Assembly (NCBI GenBank): GCA_005223125.1
Contig: NJBH01000008.1
Span: forward strand, 81,206-145,205
From: Promethearchaeota archaeon Loki_b32
GTDB taxonomy: Archaea; Asgardarchaeota; Lokiarchaeia; Sigyniarchaeales; SOKP01
Length of the DNA stretch: 64,000 bases
Direction of reading: 5' to 3'
Below the pieces are notes generated by a model. That model did no database searches, was not told where the DNA came from, and saw only the letters and a list, made by a program, of their open reading frames with translations. The position numbers and the translations under genes are program-made. Shown piece by piece: positions 37,378-46,935 of the stretch; position 1 is the stretch's first letter; each line of letters starts with the position of its first letter.

Positions 37378-38951
37378 TAGAACACCTCCTCAAAAAGTTT
37401 ATCTTGTATAGCACCTCTAGTCGCAATTAGTGCTGCCAATCTGGCTGCTTGTGCGTTACTGGGCATAATTATCACACCTACATCCTCCAGAAGCTTATAT
37501 TGTTTATCAAATTCTTGATGATCAAGGGATGTACCCACGATGGAAGCCATGACAGACAAGTACCTCCCGTTACGTTCAGCATATGCTTTTACTTCTTGTA
37601 TGGGTGATATGAGTTCGGCTGCGGGGTTATCATGAGACCCATACCCTAGAACGACATCCAAGAGAATAACAGCGGTCTCAGGGTCATTTCCTTCTTTGAT
37701 TATTCTTTGATTACGGAGTGTGTAATCAATCATTGGGTGTGGTCTACCAATTACGAATTCTTCCGCACCCATGTCCACACAAGTATGGTTCTTGCTTAAA
37801 GTTGAATCTTCTAGCATCAAATGAGGTTTCAGGGGTGAATTGGAGAAAATTTCTCCGAGCAGAGGTGTTATAAGAATCAACGTTTCATAGGAGAGAGTTC
37901 CACCTGTATAAAGACCCCGTACGAAGTTCTGATTAGCAACCAATCTATCCCATTCAGATCGGGCGATAGAAAGAATTTCTTCTCTTGAAGCAGTAAATAT
38001 ATTTTTTATTACTTGTTTTCCTTGTACAAGAGCACAAGCTGTGGTGGCTGCATCTTCTAATGTTTTGGCGGCAGTATAACCTTGATTTTCAATATCACCA
38101 CCAAGAAAATTCACTATTACTGGCTTACTGGATTGACGTGCGATTTTTAGTACTTTTTCACTAATCTCTTGATTGGGTGGCTTAGAAATGAGAACGATAA
38201 CTTTGGTTTCATCATCTTGTTCTAGGCGTTTTATGCCTTCAATCATCATGATGCCTCCTACAGTTTTTGAGAGGTCATTTCCACCAATTCCAATTGCTTG
38301 GGATATACCAAAACCCTCATTATGTATCAGAGTGGAAACCTGTTGCAATCCTGTTCCAGCTGCTGCTACTATTCCAATATTCCCTTGATTAACGACATTC
38401 CCAAAGCCCAAGACTATATTATTGATAATTGCAGTCCCACAGTCAGGACCCATGACCAAGAGACCTTTTTCCAGAGCTAATTGTTTGAGCTCTAATTCAT
38501 CTTCAAGAGATACATTACTGCTGAAGATAAAAACATTAAGTCCTTTTCTAAGTGCTTTCGACGCTTCTCTCTTGGCATATACCCCCGGTACTGATATAAT
38601 TACTAGATTTGCGTCACGCATATTTCTAAGTGCGGAATCAAGTGTCTTGGGGACTATTTTATTCTTATCTTTTGAAACTCGATTTGTAAGGAGCCTGTCA
38701 ACTTCAGAGAGCGCATGAGCCATGCTTTTTTCATCTTGAGTATCTAGAGCTATCACTAGGTCGTTTGGACTTGCCTTTCTGGCATCTTCGGTTAGAAGAT
38801 TCAAGGCATTCAGAAAATTCTTGTTGGTAGGTGTGCCCATGACAACACCAGCTTGTAACACCCCATCGAGCTCAGTAACTTTGTTAGATAGTCTCATTAG
38901 AATCACAGAGTCTCGATACGTGTCTTTACGAATAATTACAGTTACAGTCAT
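37377..38951 (-). CDS. fdrA: FdrA (AllF-like) acyl-CoA-synthetase-like protein
   Basis: Y.DSV.LM, MGT..N, ISVPG.YA, MGPDCGT, ISKPP, RGLY.GGTL, GRPHPMID, LDVVLGYG. Confidence 0.92.
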   Translation of the reverse strand: MTVTVIIRKDTYRDSVILMRLSNKVTELDGVLQAGVVMGTPTNKNFLNALNLLTEDARKASPNDLVIALDTQDEKSMAHALSEVDRLLTNRVSKDKNKIVPKTLDSALRNMRDANLVIISVPGVYAKREASKALRKGLNVFIFSSNVSLEDELELKQLALEKGLLVMGPDCGTAIINNIVLGFGNVVNQGNIGIVAAAGTGLQQVSTLIHNEGFGISQAIGIGGNDLSKTVGGIMMIEGIKRLEQDDETKVIVLISKPPNQEISEKVLKIARQSSKPVIVNFLGGDIENQGYTAAKTLEDAATTACALVQGKQVIKNIFTASREEILSIARSEWDRLVANQNFVRGLYTGGTLSYETLILITPLLGEIFSNSPLKPHLMLEDSTLSKNHTCVDMGAEEFVIGRPHPMIDYTLRNQRIIKEGNDPETAVILLDVVLGYGSHDNPAAELISPIQEVKAYAERNGRYLSVMASIVGTSLDHQEFDKQYKLLEDVGVIIMPSNAQAARLAALIATRGAIQDKLFEEVF

Positions 38952-38963
38952 ATTATAATACCT

Positions 38964-39908
38964 TCATTTTCTCCAATACGGGACAGTTAGTGCAGATGGA
39001 GCTTTTGTTGTCCCTCTAAATAGTACAATTACTACTAAGGCCACAAGATAGGGCATAATCAAGACTAAGTAGTTCCAATTGCTTGGGATATAACCCCCGC
39101 CTATTAGATTAGCCGCTACAGAATATCCTAAGCCAAATATCAGACTACCCAAAATGGCTCTGTAAGGACTCCAGCGTGAAAAAATTACAACAATTATGGC
39201 GATCCAGCCACGTCCTCCTGCAATACCGCTATCATAAAGCCCTAGGTATCCCAATGATAGATATGCACCAGCCAAACCTGCCATTGCCCCGCTAAAAATG
39301 TCACAAAGATGTCTAATCAGGTTAACATTAATACCAGCCGCATCACACGCTTCAGGATTCTCTCCAACCGCTCTGATTTTGAGACCCAACGTAGTTTTGT
39401 ATAGGATCAACCCGAAAACAATCGCTAGGAAGTAGGCGAGATAGACAAATGCATTATGTTGAAACAAAATCTCCCCAAGCACAGGAATATCGCTCAGAAA
39501 AGGGATATAGATAGAGGGTAGGGTAGTTACAATTGGAACTGTTTTTTTAAGGACAATATTATAAAGAAAGTTAGCTAAACCAGCAGCTAAGGACAGGATT
39601 AGTAATCCAGCTATCAATTGATTGACTCTCATTTTGACACAGGTAAGGCTATGAATCAATCCAACACCTGCACCCGAAACAATAGCTGCAAGTGTGCCTA
39701 AGATGTAATCCCCAGTTTCGAAAGTTACCCACAAACCGACGAAAGCCCCGAGCGTGATTATTGCCTCGAGCCCTAAGTTGATTACTCCTGCTCGCTCATT
39801 ATAAACTTCGCCAATGGAAACAAAGAGAATCGTAACTGAAAGTAAAACACCTCCTGCAAGGATCGATGTAATAAATTCTATCATGATGATTTCCTCGTAG
39901 TCATCCAT
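38964..39908 (-). CDS. Nucleoside ABC transporter permease
   Basis: GE...ERAGVINLGLE, R.VGENP...AGI.V, GRGWIA. Confidence 0.92.
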   Translation of the reverse strand: MDDYEEIIMIEFITSILAGGVLLSVTILFVSIGEVYNERAGVINLGLEAIITLGAFVGLWVTFETGDYILGTLAAIVSGAGVGLIHSLTCVKMRVNQLIAGLLILSLAAGLANFLYNIVLKKTVPIVTTLPSIYIPFLSDIPVLGEILFQHNAFVYLAYFLAIVFGLILYKTTLGLKIRAVGENPEACDAAGINVNLIRHLCDIFSGAMAGLAGAYLSLGYLGLYDSGIAGGRGWIAIIVVIFSRWSPYRAILGSLIFGLGYSVAANLIGGGYIPSNWNYLVLIMPYLVALVVIVLFRGTTKAPSALTVPYWRK

Positions 39909-40903
39909 TTTTGAACTATCAAGACAGTGAGCACTAGCACTGCCACCATAATGAAAATGATATCAACAGGGATTCCTGCCCCCCGCTGCATAGATTCTCC
40001 TCCGATTTGTAGAACTGCAAAGAAGAAAGCAGCAAAAATTACACCAATGGGATGAAAGATTCCCAAAGCTGCTACTGCTATTCCTTGAAAGCCAAAACCA
40101 GGAGAAAAACCCCTAATCAAGTAATGATGTACACCAAATACTTCCAGTACCCCTGCTATTCCAGCTATTCCCCCACTTAGCAGTCCTGCAGTAATCACAA
40201 CCCTTGTTACGTTAACCCCTCCATGTTCGGAAGCCCTTGGATTTTGTCCAACAGCTCTAATTTTATATCCTATTGTTGTTTTATACATAATTATATAGAT
40301 AATCAAAGCTATAATGACCACTAGAAAGATACCTACATGAAGCCTGTATTTGGGATCTAACAAAGGCAACCAAGTTGACTCTGGAAGGAAAGGTGTTCTT
40401 GGATTGAACGTATTTGGATCCTTGAGCGGCCCAATAGTGAGCCAAGCGATTACAAACATCGCAATGAAGTTCATAACAACAGTTGGAAATATTTCGTTAA
40501 TTCCCAGCTTGGTCTTCATGATAAGTGGGATTGCCAACCATAACACACCTCCCATGAAACCTGCAATAAATATCAATGGTAGTGCGATAAAGCTAGGTAC
40601 TATTTCCATCCTAGCACCAATCAAATACGCTAGAAGCCCACCAATGTAGAGCTGCCCCTCGACACCTAAATTCATGAATCGAGCTTTGAGAGCAATCAGG
40701 AAAGCCAATGCGGTCAGTAGTAGCGGAATAAAGCGGATTAGCGTTTCACTAATGCTATTGGGTCTACCAAAAGCACCGGTAGGTATTGATACTAAAGCGC
40801 TGATAGGATCGTAGCCCAACAATAGTAGGGTGACAGAGAAGACAAGTATGGCCAAAAACAATCCAATTGGATAAGATAAGTAATTTTGGTATTTCTTCAC
40901 CAT
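39881..40903 (-). CDS. Nucleoside ABC transporter permease
   Basis: NLGVEGQ, NEI, G..IRAVGQN, GFGFQGIAVA. Confidence 0.92.
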   Translation of the reverse strand: MVKKYQNYLSYPIGLFLAILVFSVTLLLLGYDPISALVSIPTGAFGRPNSISETLIRFIPLLLTALAFLIALKARFMNLGVEGQLYIGGLLAYLIGARMEIVPSFIALPLIFIAGFMGGVLWLAIPLIMKTKLGINEIFPTVVMNFIAMFVIAWLTIGPLKDPNTFNPRTPFLPESTWLPLLDPKYRLHVGIFLVVIIALIIYIIMYKTTIGYKIRAVGQNPRASEHGGVNVTRVVITAGLLSGGIAGIAGVLEVFGVHHYLIRGFSPGFGFQGIAVAALGIFHPIGVIFAAFFFAVLQIGGESMQRGAGIPVDIIFIMVAVLVLTVLIVQKWMTTRKSS

Positions 40904-40941
40904 ATAAAATCAGCCATTCTGTGTTCACAATCGTTGTTTTA

Positions 40942-42192
40942 CTATGTATACTTCTCAGCAAAGGCGACTAAAGCTCCTTTAAAACATTCCATCGGAGCGT
41001 CAGCCCTACCCCCTCCGATCATGGGGTGGCCACCGTCCTTGTGAGCCATACCAGTATTTATGATAGGTAATATTCCTGTTTCAACGACCTTCCTTATGTC
41101 AATCCCCACAGGAACACCAATGAAATCAAGGTAAGGGATCTGAAATAGCGAGTCCTCTGTTTGGGTGATTTCATACATCTGTTTAGTGCGCTCAATAGCA
41201 TCTTCGAAATCTCTTCCTATGAATCTTGCGTGACCAGGGGCTGCTGGTGCTGCTAATCCTCCAAAACCTCTCGTTTCTGAGATGGCACTATCTCCAAGGT
41301 CTAATGTAGAGTCTTCTTGTCGATATCCAGGGAAGGTATACCCAATTATCGTCCCCGCAGGCCCAGTAAACCATTCATTCCCAAGTCCGCTGACTTGAAT
41401 ACCAAAATCCACTCCATTTCTGGACATTGCACTTACTATTGTACTGTACTTGATGTTCTTGGCTGGATCCATCATTGCCTTGCAGGATGCCATCATCAGG
41501 TTTCCTCCATACCAGCGTCCTTGGTGGGTGTTGAAGTACTCCCCAACTTGAGCAAGAGTATCTTTATCGAAATCTGTCTTCACAATATGTGGTAGAAGAC
41601 CACTCACAAAGACACACCTAGTACCATCTAACTTGCCATGAAGCTCATCACCCATCTGTATGCCGGTTGCAAGTATTTCCTTAAGGTTAATCCCACCCGC
41701 CTCCTTGATAGTTGCTTTCAATACTGGTGCAAGTGTATTTCGTACAAAATCAAGCTCGTCGATTGTCTCATACTTATTACCGAAAGCTGTCAAACTTGTT
41801 TGTTGAAGGCAATAAGAAGTGTTACCATGCACCGGATTCTTAACTACAAGAACTGGAAGGGATGCCGATGTAGCTCCGCACATTCCGCTAACTGCATCGT
41901 AGTTGTGGTTGGGTTCGATTGTAACTTCTCCAGTTTCAGCTAGTCTTGCAGCTTTTTCAGGTGTGTCAGCTAATCCTTCATACATTATCAGATTTGTAAT
42001 TGCATATTTCTGTGTATGACACATCCTTTCCCACTCAATTGGTGGTCCTGCATGTGTAAATAAATCACTCTTAAAACCTGGGATAATTTTACCCGCAGAT
42101 TCAATATCAACGAGGTTACATTCAGCGGATAGTATCCTCTTGACTGCCTCTTCATTCGCTTCTTCAATTTTGGAACTTATCGAATTTGTCAT
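40942..42192 (-). CDS. DUF1116 protein (YlbE/YahG; AllG-like)
   Basis: HAGPP, MGDELH, MSRNG..FG, DLGDSAI.E..G.G, P.GID, P.INTG.AH. Confidence 0.88.
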   Translation of the reverse strand: MTNSISSKIEEANEEAVKRILSAECNLVDIESAGKIIPGFKSDLFTHAGPPIEWERMCHTQKYAITNLIMYEGLADTPEKAARLAETGEVTIEPNHNYDAVSGMCGATSASLPVLVVKNPVHGNTSYCLQQTSLTAFGNKYETIDELDFVRNTLAPVLKATIKEAGGINLKEILATGIQMGDELHGKLDGTRCVFVSGLLPHIVKTDFDKDTLAQVGEYFNTHQGRWYGGNLMMASCKAMMDPAKNIKYSTIVSAMSRNGVDFGIQVSGLGNEWFTGPAGTIIGYTFPGYRQEDSTLDLGDSAISETRGFGGLAAPAAPGHARFIGRDFEDAIERTKQMYEITQTEDSLFQIPYLDFIGVPVGIDIRKVVETGILPIINTGMAHKDGGHPMIGGGRADAPMECFKGALVAFAEKYT

Positions 42193-42269
42193 TTCAAATC
42201 ATTACTCTTATAATTGTGATTTTATCAATCAACTATTTTATAATATTTATATTTTTTTAGTCGATTCCA

Positions 42270-42378
42270 AGGTTAATAGAAATGATCGATGATTAATAAA
42301 TATCATGATTAATAAATGATCGTTGACTAATAGATATGATCAATGATTAATAAATGATCAATAGAAAAGATTAATAGA
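42270..42378. promoter_or_regulatory. Array of ~6 TGATTAATA(A/G)A-like direct repeats in the divergent promoter
   Basis: Exact ATGATTAATAAA at 42289, 42305, 42343; variants at 42270, 42323, 42368; interspersed ATGATC. Confidence 0.6.
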
Positions 42379-42398
42379 AATAATAGGATAGATAAAAA

Positions 42399-43640
42399 AT
42401 GAAATTAAAAATAAATATGAAGTGGAGATTCCCCATAATCGTCATGACGGTAATACTTGTGCTTTCAATGGTGGTCCCAAATACAACAGTGATCACAAAT
42501 GACGAAGTACAAACTGAGACACCTTTCACTCCGAGGCCCAGTATAGGACCACCATATAAGGCTGCTCTCATGGTAGGTGGAGATGAAACCGACCTGGGAT
42601 TCTCTTGGGTGGCAATACAAGGTATGTACGCACTGGAGTCCATTTATGGTTGGAATATAAGCATATCACGCCAAGTAGCATTTAACGATCAGTATGGTGT
42701 AGCTAGTTTTTACGGTGCTGAAGGATATGATGTGGTTTTCATGGTGGGAGGTCAATTCATATCAACTTCCTACTTCTCGGGGGTTGCTGAACTATACAAT
42801 GAAACCTTATTTGTTCAGATACCCGGTCTTAACCCATACGCACCTGTACCAGATAATGTTGTGGGTCTTCATCCCGCTTTCCAGACAGAAGGTCACTACC
42901 TAGCTGGAGTACTTGCAGGGTTGATGACAGAAACCAATAATCTGGGAGTAGTTTTTGGAGAATGGTATGAATACCTGTCAATGGAATTCTATGCTTTTAA
43001 AGCTGGCGTTGAGAGTATTAACGATGTCGCTTGCGTGTTTGCTAGAGTTGCTTATGATTGGGGTGATGCTGCGCTTGGTAAACAGATCACGGAAGCGCTA
43101 ATAGAACAAAAAAATGTTGATATTGTTGTCCAGGTAGCTGATACAACCGGAAGAGGAGTTATCGCTGCTTGCATAGAGACTGATATTGCAGTAATCGGAA
43201 CGGTTGCTGATCAATATAGCTTAGCACCTTTAAACACAATGACTAGTATTGGGATGGATACACAACGCTTGATGGAGATAGTCGTGCAGAGAATCGAGAA
43301 TGGAACAGCCATGTCAGTTCTGGGTAATACATCTTGGGAATTAAATATTGGTAACTACCTATATCCTTACCATCATTATAATGATACAATCCCTCAGTCA
43401 GTGAAAGATCAAGTTGATGAAGCCAAAGCCGGTATTGCTAATGGTACAATCATAGTCCCCCAAATATGGGTAGAGGGATCAGACCCCCCAGTAGATCCTA
43501 CAGACTGCCCCACAGCTGGCGACGATGTGATACCTGGATTCCCCCCTTTTTACTTAGCGTTAGCGTTTGCAACAACGCTTGGTGTGATGCTGCTATTGGT
43601 AAACAAATCACGGAGAATCGTTAATAAACGCAAATCTTAA
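42399..43640 (+). CDS. BMP-family (PnrA-like) ABC substrate-binding protein with IPGF-TM-basic C-terminal anchor
   Basis: D.GF, YLAGVLAG.MT.T..LG, AF.AG, W.D...G, G.GVI.A, IG...DQ; tail VIPGF+TM+RRIVNKRKS. Confidence 0.9.
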   Translation: MKLKINMKWRFPIIVMTVILVLSMVVPNTTVITNDEVQTETPFTPRPSIGPPYKAALMVGGDETDLGFSWVAIQGMYALESIYGWNISISRQVAFNDQYGVASFYGAEGYDVVFMVGGQFISTSYFSGVAELYNETLFVQIPGLNPYAPVPDNVVGLHPAFQTEGHYLAGVLAGLMTETNNLGVVFGEWYEYLSMEFYAFKAGVESINDVACVFARVAYDWGDAALGKQITEALIEQKNVDIVVQVADTTGRGVIAACIETDIAVIGTVADQYSLAPLNTMTSIGMDTQRLMEIVVQRIENGTAMSVLGNTSWELNIGNYLYPYHHYNDTIPQSVKDQVDEAKAGIANGTIIVPQIWVEGSDPPVDPTDCPTAGDDVIPGFPPFYLALAFATTLGVMLLLVNKSRRIVNKRKS

Positions 43641-43686
43641 TTCCGCTCCTACGGAGCTGAATGCCTAATTTGACTGATTAAATCGG
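43632..43686 (+). repeat. Inverted repeat copy 2; likely terminator region
   Basis: GCTCC-TAC-GGAGC hairpin, then ACTGATT-A-AATCGGT and a T-tract; inverse of 33041-33096. Confidence 0.8.
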
Positions 43687-43956
43687 TTTTTTTTTTTACT
43701 TTTTTGTTAACTCGCTATTTGATTTCTAGTTATCCTTGAGCAATGAACTCATTCAATTGCTATCTCAAAGTTAAATACTAATTGCTCCGTAATCGTTTCT
43801 TAAGACTTGGACTAAGACTAGTATATATCGTGATTGCCCAACGTCTCTACTATGGGAGTTAAATCACCATTTAATCTTGTAGGAAAAACTACATTGCAAA
43901 TATGTATAAAAGATTTGATGAATGTAAACTCAAGGAAAATTGCTATCATTCGATCA

Positions 43957-44133
43957 ATTATTGGCACAAATGGGGCAGGAAAAACTACCCAACTTGATAC
44001 ATAAGTTAAAAAATTAACTCAAAAAATCTTAACTGAAAAATGTGTGTATCTGTTTTTTGATTTCAAATATATTTCCAATTCAGAAGAAGAATTTTGACCA
44101 ATTTTCTTTCAAAGTTTTTATGAAAAAATCCAT
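43957..44133 (+). pseudogene. Decayed P-loop ATPase fragment
   Basis: IIGTNGAGKTTQLDT*VKKL...CVYLFFDFKYISNSEEEF*PIFFQ: Walker A with in-frame stops. Confidence 0.7.
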
Positions 44134-44316
44134 AAAAAAAATCTTTTGTATAATTTATGATCTTTAATTCCAAGGAAAAAATTACTTGATTAATGCATAG
44201 TCATAGTCATCATAAAAAAACATAAAAAAATCATTTGAGTAAATATTTACCTTTTGTCCTAATAAAATCAAAAAGAATAAAAGTGTCAATTATTTTATTA
44301 TATAAGAAATATCACA

Positions 44317-45447
44317 TTGATAAAAAATTGGTTTCATAAGAGTGATGCAATGCGCTTAATAGAACAGAAAAGAAAAGACAGTATATACCTTTATTTTTTA
44401 GCTAAAGGGCAAAGAAAATATTTAGGAAAACCTGATAAGATAAATCAAGAAAAAGCAAAAGAAGCATTAATTCTTCTTGATACTCAAATTACGGAGTATA
44501 AATCTTTTCGAAACAAAATTGAAAAATATCTCTATGGAAAACACGAAATTGAAATCAAAGATTCTGAATATAAAATGATCTTTTTTGACATGGATGGAGT
44601 TTTGTTTGAGAAACCATGGCAAGAAAGTAAAAGTAGAAAGGTTGCTATTAGTTCATGGGATCTCCTTTTCAAAAAATTAGGACAATACGATATATATGAG
44701 GCGCTTAAGAAAAATTTTGAAAATGGTCTTTATGGTGACGATGTTGACAGCTATGTAAAATGGAAAGAAGCTACTTGTAAAACCTTGAAAATCATACCGT
44801 TGAAGGAGAAAACTTTCCAAGAAGTGATTGACAGTCGAATTTTATCTCGAGGTGCTAAAGAATTATTTCAAATATTGAAAAAAAGTAAGATTAAAACAGC
44901 TATAATTACAGGTAGTTTCTATAGGCTTGCACAAAGAGCACAAAAAGAATTAGATGAAGTCAATCATGTCAGGGCTCATTGTCGATTGTTTTTTGATGAC
45001 AACGGTTTATTAAAAAGATGGGAGCTAAATAAAACTGATTATAACCATAAGATAGAAATTATGGAAGAACTTGCTTTGAAAGAGGGAATTATTGATAAAA
45101 ATGGGCATCCTGATCTTAATCAATGTGTATATGTTGGAGATGATGTTAACGATCTAGAAGCTTTTGGAGCAGCTGGGCTGGCAATTGCGTTTAATTCACA
45201 AAAAAGTATCGTTAAGAAAGCCGCTGATATAATAATAGTAGGTGGAGACTTAACTGAGATTCTTTCTCCTCTTTTCGATTTTGAAATGGATAAGGAAAAA
45301 ATATCATTTTATGTATCAAAAGATGTAAAAGATGAATGGCTAAATTTTGCTAAGACCAAAGATTACTCTACGTTACCTGATTTTATTATGAAAATTATTG
45401 AATTCTACATTAAAGAAGAAAGAGCTTCCTTAAAGAATATAGAATAA
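44317..45447 (+). CDS. HAD-superfamily (SerB-like) phosphatase with N-terminal extension and C-terminal RHH-like domain
   Basis: FFDMDGVL, ITGS, K, YVGDDVND...AG..IAFN; tail KISFYVSKDVKDEW..FA......L.DFI...IE.YI. Confidence 0.85.
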   Translation: MIKNWFHKSDAMRLIEQKRKDSIYLYFLAKGQRKYLGKPDKINQEKAKEALILLDTQITEYKSFRNKIEKYLYGKHEIEIKDSEYKMIFFDMDGVLFEKPWQESKSRKVAISSWDLLFKKLGQYDIYEALKKNFENGLYGDDVDSYVKWKEATCKTLKIIPLKEKTFQEVIDSRILSRGAKELFQILKKSKIKTAIITGSFYRLAQRAQKELDEVNHVRAHCRLFFDDNGLLKRWELNKTDYNHKIEIMEELALKEGIIDKNGHPDLNQCVYVGDDVNDLEAFGAAGLAIAFNSQKSIVKKAADIIIVGGDLTEILSPLFDFEMDKEKISFYVSKDVKDEWLNFAKTKDYSTLPDFIMKIIEFYIKEERASLKNIE

Positions 45448-45580
45448 GACCCCTCTCTTTGAGGAGTAGCACGAGAAATTTATTCGTTAAAAATAATCTA
45501 GTCTTTTTAATCGATCTAGATGAGGGCTTAGAAATTCTCGAATTATCGACTGGAGAACCAACTCGTAATCAAAGTTTTTT

Positions 45581-46087
45581 CTAAATACTCCTTTTTAAAA
45601 TTTTCAATATGTCCTCTTCCAAAGTAGAAGAATACTCCGGGTTTTCCACTATAATACCTAAATATTCACCAGCATCATTAAAGAAATAAAAAGATGGAAT
45701 TGCTTTCAAATCAAATTTAGGATCAATCGCTTCTGGAGGTGAACGATTTTTATGCCATATGGTTTCTCCGGGTTTATGTAAAGCATTTACCATTATACCA
45801 TATAGAATTTGTAAACCAACTTCTTCTGTATTAAGAAACTTTACTATTTTTATCATTCTAGGTACATTTCTAGAACAATCAGGACACCAATCGGCACCTA
45901 GAGCAATTATTTTTAATTTTTCTTTCTTATTCTTTAACAAGTTTTTAATATCATTAAGTGTATCTGATTTTGGTTCATAACTTTCATAGACTCTTTTTAT
46001 TTTGTCTCCATAGATTTTCAAGTACTCATCAGGGGTCATAGTTGGAGATACTAAGTCACTCCATTTTAAATCAAATTTTGAGTTCAT
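45581..46087 (-). CDS. Thioredoxin-family protein
   Basis: ADWCPDC...VP, AIP.F, G.I.E.P. Confidence 0.9.
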   Translation of the reverse strand: MNSKFDLKWSDLVSPTMTPDEYLKIYGDKIKRVYESYEPKSDTLNDIKNLLKNKKEKLKIIALGADWCPDCSRNVPRMIKIVKFLNTEEVGLQILYGIMVNALHKPGETIWHKNRSPPEAIDPKFDLKAIPSFYFFNDAGEYLGIIVENPEYSSTLEEDILKILKRSI

Positions 46088-46355
46088 AATTAATATTGAA
46101 ATTGCTTATTTTAAAAAAATTGTTTTAATGAATAATAAACTTTAGCCGATTAAATTTTAATAAAGAAAAATAAATATTAAAAAAAATAAATAAATTAAAA
46201 ATGAATTTTTCTTTATTAATTAAGATTTTTCTAATAATATTATTGAAAGAATTATTCAATAAATTTCATGAGTAGGATCCTATAACAGGATTACCTAGTG
46301 TAAATAAAATAAAATTTTTAAATTTGTGATGAAAGAGATTATTAGAATTTAGTTT

Positions 46356-46832
46356 TTATTTAATTTTAATGAATAATTTATGCATATAATCCTTAAATCC
46401 TTGTTTCTTCCAGAAAGAGGAAGATTCTGGATTATTTGGTACAATACTAAGTTCTACTCTTTCTAATCCTAAATTTTTGAACCATTTGAGAGATTCTTGC
46501 CATAATTTTTTCCCAATACCTTTTTTTCTATGTTTCAAGGCAACAAATATATCATAAATGGCCCCATATTTCTCTAACAAATAAACTGGGGGATAATGAT
46601 CTATTTTAGCAATAGTATATCCAATTATTTTTTCATCCTCTATTGCTACGAATATTGTTGCTTCTTCAGATTTAATTAATTCTGTGACAAAGGATTTAAA
46701 GTTTATATGACCATCTTCCCTCCTAGTAAAAAAAGAATCTATATTTGAATGATGATCACTAAGTTCTTTCCATAATTTTACAATTTCAGAAACAAATTTT
46801 TCTGTTGCTTTAATAATCTTAATAGAAATCAC
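46356..46832 (-). CDS. GNAT N-acetyltransferase
   Basis: IYDIFV...RKKGIG..L, N...SFWKK.GF. Confidence 0.9.
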   Translation of the reverse strand: MISIKIIKATEKFVSEIVKLWKELSDHHSNIDSFFTRREDGHINFKSFVTELIKSEEATIFVAIEDEKIIGYTIAKIDHYPPVYLLEKYGAIYDIFVALKHRKKGIGKKLWQESLKWFKNLGLERVELSIVPNNPESSSFWKKQGFKDYMHKLFIKIK

Positions 46833-46935
46833 ATGAATTATTAATTAATATAGATATTTCTGAGGATAATAATATCTTTTTCTTCTTAATTTATAATCCT
46901 TATCTTCAGATTTGAAAATACGAAGATATAAAAAG

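Larger units (their letters stand above)
32701..45580. mobile_element. Genomic island (~13 kb) inserted at the 3' end of a thioredoxin-family gene; no integrase seen
   Basis: Flanking 139-bp direct repeat, visibly higher GC in 33.3-43.6 kb, internal inverted repeats, decayed ATPase. Confidence 0.75.

Noticed and set aside
37187-37411. 74-aa plus-strand ORF
   Set aside because: Antisense shadow of the real 58-aa minus-strand gene at 37201-37377.
42270-42378. Possible CRISPR array
   Set aside because: Repeats are ~12 bp with very short non-unique spacers and there are no cas genes. No CRISPR array was seen in the window.
32701-45580. Integrase or transposase in the island
   Set aside because: No tyrosine-recombinase R-H-R-Y, serine-recombinase or DDE motifs recognised in the ORFs.
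46265-46300. Small imperfect hairpin TAGGATCCT-ATAAC-AGGATTACCTA
   Set aside because: Short, single-copy and without context; cannot be called an ncRNA.
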